In this document: piece by piece, positions 57,642 through 64,000 of the stretch
Layout: each line of letters begins with the position of its first letter
Position numbering within the stretch: the first letter of the stretch is position 1
Assembly: GCA_023418925.1 (NCBI GenBank)
Contig: JAEZYS010000009.1
Span: forward strand, 10,516 to 74,515
From: Bacillota bacterium
Lineage (GTDB): Bacteria > Bacillota > Clostridia > Oscillospirales > Ruminococcaceae
Length of the DNA stretch: 64,000 nucleotides
Reading direction: 5' to 3'
The notes under the pieces: generated by a model
Told to the model about the DNA's origin: nothing
The model's input: only the letters and a program-made list of their open reading frames with translations
Database searches by the model: none
Program-made: the position numbers and the translations under genes

Positions 57642-59285
57642 GTGAATATTGGATTTAAAGAAGATATTATTTCTGAATTTAAAAGTGATAAGAGTAAGCT
57701 TTCAGATTCAGATATTGTTGATGCGGTTGTTGCATTTGCAAATACTAATGGCGGCGCTCTATATATCGGAGTTGAAGATGACGGCGAGATAACAGGATTA
57801 CATGATGAGCATAAAGATATAACAAAGCTTGCTGCGTTTATTGCAAATAAAACTGTACCGCCTATTTCGACAAGACCAGAAATTATTGATAACACTTATA
57901 TTAAAATAAGTATTCCATCAAGCAAGAGTATTGTGGCATCATCGTCCGGAAAAATATTAAGACGTCGAATAAAAGCAGATGGTACGCCTGAAAATGTTCC
58001 AATGTATCCACATGAAATTAATACAAGACTATCTACACTTAGCCTGCTTGATTATTCAGCGTTACGAATACCTAATGCAGAATATGATGATTTAGATGAT
58101 TTAGAACGAAAAAGACTACGAACAATAATAAAAAATTATCATGGCGAAAGCTTACTGCTTGAGCTGGAAAATGAAGAACTTGACAAAGCACTGAGACTTG
58201 CTGTTGAAGAAGACGGCAAGCTGTTTCCAACTTATTGTGGTTTGCTTTTAATAGGCAAAATTGAAAGAATAAAAGAATATATGCCAACAGCGGAGTCAGC
58301 CTTTCAGGTTTTACATGGCACCTCTGTTGTTATGAATGAGTCATTTATTATTCCACTGCTTTCTGCATTTGAAAAAATAGAAACTTTTATTAACGCACAT
58401 AACACAGAAGTAGAATTAGAAGAAGGATTCTTTAGAATATCCTTGCCTGATTTTAACAAAAGAGCTATTAGAGAAGCTTTAGTAAACGCTTTTTGCCATA
58501 GAGATTATACCATGCTTGGCAGAGTAAGAGTACTAATTGATGATGATGGTTTGACAATAGCTAACCCCGGTGGATTTATTGAGGGAGTAACAATTGATAA
58601 TTTATTGTCGGTCGAACCACATGGGCGTAATCCGGCGTTAGCAGATGCTTTGAAACGAATTGGACTTGCTGAACGAACAGGCAGAGGTGTAGACAGAATA
58701 TATGAAGGGTCACTTTTATATGGGAAGCCACTTCCGGATTATTCGGAATCTACTGATGTTATGGTTAAATTATTTATTCCAAGAAGCTTGCCGGACAAGT
58801 CATTTATATCAATGATTTCTGATGAACAAAAACGCACTTCCAGTTCTTTGCCTATAAATTCACTGCTGGTTCTAAATGAATTAAAACGAAATAGACGTGC
58901 TGACATACACGAATTAGCTTATGCAACTCATGTAACTGAGTCTAAAACGAAAATAACTGTAGAAAAACTTGTAGAAACTGGGCTAATTGAAGCAAACGGT
59001 AATGGGAAAAATAGATTTTACACATTAAGTGCTAAATTGTATAAGCAATCAGATAATGTTCAAGGTTATGTTTTGCAAAAAGGAATTGACAGCATTAGAT
59101 ATCCTGAAATGATAATTCAATTTGCTGAAAATAATAATGGAAAAATCACACGCAGTGATGTTATTCAACTTTTAAAAATAACAGATTCACAAGCTTATAG
59201 AATACTTAAGAAACTTGCTGACAGCAATAAATTAGAGCTCATTGGAAAAGGAAAATACTCTCACTATAAGTTAATATCAAAATAA
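57642..59285 (+). CDS. Schlafen-like AlbA_2 domain + HATPase_c_4 + C-terminal wHTH protein (putative regulator/sensor)
   Basis: N-terminal EDIISEFKSDKSKLSDSDIVDAVVAFANTNGGALYIGVEDDGEITGL is the divergent-AAA/AlbA_2 signature. The middle GHKLY-like ATPase fold (HATPase_c_4) and C-terminal HTH region follow the common three-domain architecture. GTG start. Confidence 0.7.
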   Translation: MNIGFKEDIISEFKSDKSKLSDSDIVDAVVAFANTNGGALYIGVEDDGEITGLHDEHKDITKLAAFIANKTVPPISTRPEIIDNTYIKISIPSSKSIVASSSGKILRRRIKADGTPENVPMYPHEINTRLSTLSLLDYSALRIPNAEYDDLDDLERKRLRTIIKNYHGESLLLELENEELDKALRLAVEEDGKLFPTYCGLLLIGKIERIKEYMPTAESAFQVLHGTSVVMNESFIIPLLSAFEKIETFINAHNTEVELEEGFFRISLPDFNKRAIREALVNAFCHRDYTMLGRVRVLIDDDGLTIANPGGFIEGVTIDNLLSVEPHGRNPALADALKRIGLAERTGRGVDRIYEGSLLYGKPLPDYSESTDVMVKLFIPRSLPDKSFISMISDEQKRTSSSLPINSLLVLNELKRNRRADIHELAYATHVTESKTKITVEKLVETGLIEANGNGKNRFYTLSAKLYKQSDNVQGYVLQKGIDSIRYPEMIIQFAENNNGKITRSDVIQLLKITDSQAYRILKKLADSNKLELIGKGKYSHYKLISK

Positions 59286-59481
59286 AAATAGCCGTTAATG
59301 CATATAAACATTAATGGCTATTTAGCAGAAATATAACGTGGTATTGGGTCTTATTTGGGTCTTATTGATACAAAAATATGCGATTTTTAGCGATAAGCTG
59401 AGATAAGCTAAGTGCTCACAAAGCCCGTAGAATAGGCATTTACACCACTTTAAGATAAGTTGCAAAATCCGTGTCGCTTGA

Positions 59482-59504
59482 TTCAATTCCCGTACGGGTC
59501 ACCA
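59482..59504 (+). repeat. Direct repeat copy 2 of the tRNA-Glu 3' end (att junction between element 1 and element 2)
   Basis: Exact 23-bp match to the tRNA-Glu 3' end. It is followed by a diverged copy of the tRNA-downstream hairpin terminator (TTGCTGAAACAGCGTAGATACGTTGTTTCAGCAA + T-run), so the homology extends ~70 bp. Confidence 0.8.
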
Positions 59505-59631
59505 ACACAAGGTTGCTGAAACAGCGTAGATACGTTGTTTCAGCAATTATTTTTTTGCCTAAAATCAATCTGACCCATTGTTTGCCCATTATTTTATAGA
59601 AACCGCCCATTGCGAATTTTTGAACTGGTTA

Positions 59632-60819
59632 TTAAGAAGCAGCAGGCTCTTTATTTTTTGAAAAATCCAGAGCATTGGCGATGATGTCAGATGTCCTTGC
59701 CTGTGCTTCCTGAAACTCATGGGTATAGATTGAAAGTGTGGTCATAGAATTTGAGTGACCTAAGTCTGCGGATACAGTCGCAACATCAACGCCTGCATTG
59801 ATCAAAATGGAAGCATGGGCGTGTCGGAAACTATGAATGTCGCAGAACCGCATATTATTTTTCTCACATAATTCTTTCAGCCACAGATATGGTGTTCCAT
59901 TATTCATAGGTTCACCACTCCACTTAACAAAAATCCTGTCGTAATCAATCCACTTGCTTCCCTGACGTATACGTTCTACATCCTGTTCCGTCTTGTACAT
60001 ACGCAGGAGATCAAATACAATCTGCGGATACTTACGACTTCGTTTTGACTTTCTTGTTTTAGTGGTATCTGTGTAAATCCCACGTTCAGAGGTATAATTT
60101 GATGTGCGTCGAACGCTTATCACATTATTATCCCAGTCAATATCCTTCCATTCCAAACCAAGCATTTCACTTCTACGAAAACCAGTGTACAGAACCATTG
60201 TGAAAAACAATTGATACTTTAGTGGAGCAGTTTCAAGTAGCTTCATAAGCTGTTCAAGTTCCTCAAATGAATAGATTTCCTTTTCTTTCTGCTCACCTTT
60301 TGGCACTGAAACTTTTCGGCATGGATTATCACTGAGCATATCCATCTTAACTGCGTATGTGAACACATCCGAAATAAAACTCAGATGATGAACCGCTGTC
60401 TTGCGTGAAAGTGGCTTTCCTGTTTTCATGCTTTTACCATTTAAGAGCACGTCGTTAATAAACTGCTGAACATGCCTGCCAGTGATTTTGTCCATCCGCA
60501 TATGACCAATTGCAGGATAAACTCGATGAGTAAGCTGTTTCATCCGCTCGTAAGATGTGCTTCGCAGGTTAATTTTTGCATATTCCTCAAACCATTGCTC
60601 CGCAAAAGCTTCAAACTTTACATTAGCGGTAATCTGCCCCTTTTTACAGTTCTCCTCAAAAATAACGGTCTGACGAGTCAGTTCCTTTTCAATCTGTTTT
60701 GGAGTCATTCCAGGTTCAGGTTTCCATGTAAGCTGTTGAAATTTCTGCTTGCCGTTTACGTCATATCCACAGCTTACACGGATTTCATATGAATTATTCT
60801 TTTTTCTTATTGATGCCAT
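59632..60819 (-). CDS. int: Tyrosine-type integrase 2 (paralog of integrase 1)
   Basis: MASIRKKNNSYEIRVSCGYDVNGKQ... is about 60% identical to integrase 1 along its length. C-terminal HSFRHAHASIL and LGHSNSMTTLSIYTHEF catalytic regions. Confidence 0.9.
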   Translation of the reverse strand: MASIRKKNNSYEIRVSCGYDVNGKQKFQQLTWKPEPGMTPKQIEKELTRQTVIFEENCKKGQITANVKFEAFAEQWFEEYAKINLRSTSYERMKQLTHRVYPAIGHMRMDKITGRHVQQFINDVLLNGKSMKTGKPLSRKTAVHHLSFISDVFTYAVKMDMLSDNPCRKVSVPKGEQKEKEIYSFEELEQLMKLLETAPLKYQLFFTMVLYTGFRRSEMLGLEWKDIDWDNNVISVRRTSNYTSERGIYTDTTKTRKSKRSRKYPQIVFDLLRMYKTEQDVERIRQGSKWIDYDRIFVKWSGEPMNNGTPYLWLKELCEKNNMRFCDIHSFRHAHASILINAGVDVATVSADLGHSNSMTTLSIYTHEFQEAQARTSDIIANALDFSKNKEPAAS

Positions 60820-60951
60820 ATATAATCAAATCCTTTCCAATTTGAGCTATTATGACACTTCTCTGTAATTTTAATTCTACACTTTAAAGCGTGAAAAGTC
60901 AAGCCTAAATTGCAGAGAAAGTGACCAAAGTGACCTTTTTAAGTTGTACTA

Positions 60952-62385
60952 TTATCTGCCCCTACCTTTCTTCGGAGCATTTTTCTCTTTTTCCTGTTCA
61001 AGCCATTGACGTTCCTGTTCCACCACGCGAGAAATGTAATCCCCTTTTGAAATATCGTAATAGGTTTTCGCAATATTCGCATAGCAGGAAATTTTCTTAT
61101 TGACTTCATCAAACTGTGCAGTTAGTGCAGAAATTTTTTCGTCATACTGTGTTTTCAGACCACGTACAAATTCAATTTTACTCTCATCGGTAACCTTTGC
61201 ATTATCAGCGGTTGTTTTATAAATGTTCAGTTTCAATTGTTCCAAAGCAGACAATTCAGGCTTCTGCAAAAGCTCAAAATATTTTTCACATTGCTCAATA
61301 ACAGTATTTATCTGGGACTGCTTGCTTAACAGAGTATTAAGTTCATCACGGATATTTTTACAGTCTGTCTGCAACTCCTCAATAGAATTCTCAAGATGTG
61401 ATATCGACATAATTTTATCCTTGTTGATAACTGCAAGCTGTGCGGCAAGCATGTAAACCGTATAATCATTTTCAACAGAATACGGAAGCGAAGAATTATA
61501 TTTTCTTGGTGACTTCCGATTTGTTTTTACAAGGTCAGCTATCTCTGAAATACGGTTGTAATAAATCTGAGCCATTTCAGTTATTGCTTTTTCAGGCTTC
61601 ATAGGATTTTCATAAGCATCTGCAATTCTGATTGACAGTGATTCCTCTGTGTAAGCAACTCCAAGAGTTTTAAATCTTACAAAACGCTCCTGACCATCGG
61701 CTTTTACAGAAATATATTTTCCACGCTTGACGGTATATCCGAGCAGTTCAAGTTCATAAAGCAGCTCATCAATATTTTTCACCGAATAAATCAGCCTGTC
61801 AATTTGAAGACAGATTTTCTGCTTCCATGATGTACCCCTATGCTTATGTTCCCACTCGTTATAAGCAAGAGTTTTGTTCCTGCCTTTGGTTTTATCATAA
61901 GGCTGAATGCCTAAAGCAAGGCATACCCCGTCAGAAATCTGTTTGCACTGGTCAAGAGTTTTCTTGTTGCTGATAAATTTCTCACCATCAATTCCATAAG
62001 AATTTATTATTAGGTGATTGTGAATATGAGATTTATCCGTATGCGTTGCAATAACCACTTGAACATTATCACCGAAACATTTTCTTGCAAAAGCCTTACC
62101 GATTCGGTGAGCCAGCTCGGGAGAAATTTCATCAGCAGGGTCAAAGCTCTGGATATAATGAATTGCTTTCACACGATTTTTCTTGCCCTTAACCAAAGGC
62201 TCGTCAAAAGATTTTTTACTATACTGCTCATAAACAAGCTTCATGTTTTCATAGCCAAGCTTCCAGTCCGCCATGCAGTTGAGAGAGGCAGTGTATAAAA
62301 GCTTCTCAGTTTTTTCGGGATTAAGTATGTATCTCAAGCTGCGGTTGACTGTAGAGTGTATAGGTATTGATTTAAGGTAAGGCAT
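60952..62385 (-). CDS. Relaxase/mobilization nuclease 2 (paralog of relaxase 1)
   Basis: MPYLKSIPIHSTVNRSLRYILNPEKTEKLLYT... with 3-His motif ATHTDKSHIHNHLII. About 65% identical to relaxase 1 in the N-terminal 260 aa. Confidence 0.8.
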   Translation of the reverse strand: MPYLKSIPIHSTVNRSLRYILNPEKTEKLLYTASLNCMADWKLGYENMKLVYEQYSKKSFDEPLVKGKKNRVKAIHYIQSFDPADEISPELAHRIGKAFARKCFGDNVQVVIATHTDKSHIHNHLIINSYGIDGEKFISNKKTLDQCKQISDGVCLALGIQPYDKTKGRNKTLAYNEWEHKHRGTSWKQKICLQIDRLIYSVKNIDELLYELELLGYTVKRGKYISVKADGQERFVRFKTLGVAYTEESLSIRIADAYENPMKPEKAITEMAQIYYNRISEIADLVKTNRKSPRKYNSSLPYSVENDYTVYMLAAQLAVINKDKIMSISHLENSIEELQTDCKNIRDELNTLLSKQSQINTVIEQCEKYFELLQKPELSALEQLKLNIYKTTADNAKVTDESKIEFVRGLKTQYDEKISALTAQFDEVNKKISCYANIAKTYYDISKGDYISRVVEQERQWLEQEKEKNAPKKGRGR

Positions 62386-62408
62386 CTATCGTTACCGAAA
62401 ACCTCTTG

Positions 62409-64000
62409 CTATTGTATAACTGTGCAGGAATCAAGAATTACGGCGAATGTACGTCCTTTTCCAGGTTTTCGCAAGTGAAATACAATCCGAAATCCAAATG
62501 GAACGCAGTTCAGATAAAAGTCTACAGTGCGATTTTCGTGAACGATAATTTTCTTTGTCATATCCCGATAAATTTCAGTATTATCAATATCCATAGCATC
62601 CGTTTGACGAACCAATTTTATGTATTCTGCAATTCCATCAAGCTGTTTTTTATTCACAGCATCCATATTATTACCATTGTTTGTTTTTTCAGTCAGTGTT
62701 AGAATTTGACTGTCATAATACGAATTTTGTTCAGCTAAATCATCTTTGGAAATCAAACCATCAAGAACCAAATCAATTGCATTGCGCTTTTTCTGTTTTA
62801 GATTATCAATTTGACTTTGAAGCTTAGTGACATCAATTTCAGGCTGACTGTTCTGGATTATACGTATTTCTTCCAAAAGTTCATTTTCAATTTCTGATTG
62901 TGAAACTTGTATCTGCTGTAAAATGTGTCTTACTCCAAAAGCAAGAACGGCTTCACCAATCGTTTTATTGTCACAGCCTTTAATATCACCGTTTGCGGCA
63001 GTTTGCATTACCTTTCCGTAAACTGCCCGATTGGTACAACGAAGTTTTCGTCTTTTATCCTTGCTTCCGCCTGAAACATTAAACGGCTTACCGCATTTTC
63101 CACAGGAAACCTTGCTGCTGAACCAGTAAGTCCCTGAATATTTTCTCTTTTCAGGAATCATTTTGCTTCGCCTTGCAAGTTCCTGTTGAACGGCATCAAA
63201 AAGCTCTCTTGAGACAATGCCCTCATGATGATTATCAATAGTAATCAATGGCTCTTCTGGATTTTCACCTTTGTTTTTGATTTGAATATGCGTTAAAAAA
63301 TCGGTTGTTCGATATTTCCATTGAGTTAAATCACCGCAATACTTATCATTTTTTATCATACCCAGTATTGTAGGAGCACTCCACAAACCGCCGTGTATTG
63401 TAGGTATTCCGTCCGCATTAAGCTCCTGTGCGATTGAAGTCGTACCTTTTCTTTCATATAGATAGGTGTGAAAAATTCTTTTTATAACCACAGCTTCATC
63501 AGGAACAATTTCAAGCTTATCCTTATCAGCCTTGAAACCATAAACACGTCCTGATCCAAGAACATAACCGTTCTCCATTTTTCTTCGCATACCCCATTTG
63601 GTACGTTCAGAAATTTTTCTGCTTTCTTCCTGAGCCAGTGAAGCCATTATTGTAAGCCGCAGTTCCGAATCCTTATCACGAGTATCAATACCATCATTCA
63701 TAAATATGATTTGTACATTTTTTGATTTCAGTTTTCTTGTGTATGAAAGCGTATCTATCGTATTTCTAGCAAAACGGCTGACTTCTTTGGTAAGAATAAT
63801 ATTAATTTTTCCGTCTTCCGCATCAGAAATCATTCGCATAAACCCATCACGTTTCTTAACCGATGTACCTGTGATACCCTCATCATAATAAACTTCAATC
63901 AGTTCCCAGCCATCATGGTCGCTTATGTATTCAGTAAAATATTTTATTTGAGCCGATAGAGAATGAAGCTGATCCTCCATATCCGTTGAAACACGGCAAT
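62409..64000 (-). CDS. Large serine recombinase (resolvase/invertase N-domain + recombinase + zinc-ribbon), 5' end beyond window
   Basis: In-frame upstream extension to the window edge reads CRVSTDMEDQLHSLSAQ, which contains the RVSTD-EDQ catalytic-serine motif. Therefore the true start is past 64000. Recombinase domain and C-terminal CxxC...C zinc ribbon (CGKCGKPF...CTNRAVYGK) are present. Confidence 0.8.
   Translation of the reverse strand, partial: CRVSTDMEDQLHSLSAQIKYFTEYISDHDGWELIEVYYDEGITGTSVKKRDGFMRMISDAEDGKINIILTKEVSRFARNTIDTLSYTRKLKSKNVQIIFMNDGIDTRDKDSELRLTIMASLAQEESRKISERTKWGMRRKMENGYVLGSGRVYGFKADKDKLEIVPDEAVVIKRIFHTYLYERKGTTSIAQELNADGIPTIHGGLWSAPTILGMIKNDKYCGDLTQWKYRTTDFLTHIQIKNKGENPEEPLITIDNHHEGIVSRELFDAVQQELARRSKMIPEKRKYSGTYWFSSKVSCGKCGKPFNVSGGSKDKRRKLRCTNRAVYGKVMQTAANGDIKGCDNKTIGEAVLAFGVRHILQQIQVSQSEIENELLEEIRIIQNSQPEIDVTKLQSQIDNLKQKKRNAIDLVLDGLISKDDLAEQNSYYDSQILTLTEKTNNGNNMDAVNKKQLDGIAEYIKLVRQTDAMDIDNTEIYRDMTKKIIVHENRTVDFYLNCVPFGFRIVFHLRKPGKGRTFAVILDSCTVIQ

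Larger units (their letters stand above)
44796..59504. mobile_element. Integrative mobilizable element 1 inserted at tRNA-Glu
   Basis: Bounded by the tRNA-Glu 3' end and its 23-bp direct repeat. Carries tyrosine integrase, excisionase, HTH regulator, MobC-like gene and relaxase (no conjugative T4SS genes, hence mobilizable). Cargo includes an RT, an MmeI-like nuclease locus and a Schlafen-like protein. Confidence 0.75.
59505..64000. mobile_element. Integrative mobilizable element 2 (tandem, related to element 1), continues beyond window
   Basis: Begins right after the second att repeat with an integrase ~60% identical to integrase 1 in the same orientation. Carries a homologous relaxase and a large serine recombinase. 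Right end not in window. Confidence 0.65.

Overview
This 64 kb window looks like a low-GC Firmicutes (Clostridia-like) chromosome in two parts. Positions 1 to 44,800 are housekeeping and envelope genes. Positions 44,800 to 64,000 are a tRNA-Glu integration hotspot holding two tandem, related integrative mobilizable elements with a defence-like cargo.

Core region, in order:
- An S66 LD-carboxypeptidase and pyruvate:ferredoxin oxidoreductase (PFOR).
- An MFS transporter, a SAM-dependent methyltransferase, an L-aspartate-oxidase-like flavoprotein and an SplB-like radical-SAM protein.
- A secreted YfbK-like vWA protein, followed by two tiny paralogous amphipathic peptide ORFs.
- A divergently encoded ilvB / inserted-ORF / ilvN / ilvC cluster.
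- A CPA2 antiporter, a DUF4417-like protein with a duplicated C-terminal module, and a DUF815 AAA ATPase.
- Aspartate kinase, then an NMT1/THI5-type ABC importer behind a structured leader.
- A ~1,160-aa Fn3-repeat surface protein with an ECF sigma factor and a beta-propeller anti-sigma-like protein.
- A transglutaminase-like protein.
- A three-gene module: SPFH/triple-zinc-ribbon (COG4260), zinc-ribbon membrane protein, TPM (YgcG-like) protein.
- A polar amino-acid ABC permease and ATPase with no binding protein, an AGCS alanine:Na+ symporter, a YdbS/YdbT PH-domain pair, and the tRNA-Met / tRNA-Glu genes.

Accessory region:
- A 23-bp copy of the tRNA-Glu 3' end recurs at 59,482. It delimits element 1 (~44.8 to 59.5 kb) and starts element 2 (59.5 kb to beyond the window).
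- Each element has a Tn916-type tyrosine integrase and a 3-His relaxase. Element 1 also carries MobC, Xis and HTH genes; element 2 also carries a large serine recombinase.
- Element 1 cargo includes two unusual loci.
- The first is a standalone reverse transcriptase with a strong sigma-70 promoter and a ~335-nt structured untranslated leader. It is a candidate defence RT with ncRNA (DRT/UG/Abi-like, not a classical retron).
- The second is an MmeI-like PD-ExK nuclease plus degenerate methyltransferase ORF. An A7 slippery run appears to fuse it by a -1 shift to a ~1,050-aa coiled-coil protein ending in an SMC/Rad50-like signature and degenerate Walker B, with no Walker A. This architecture looks novel.
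- A Schlafen-like AlbA_2/HATPase_c_4 protein follows, with a palindromic operator array.
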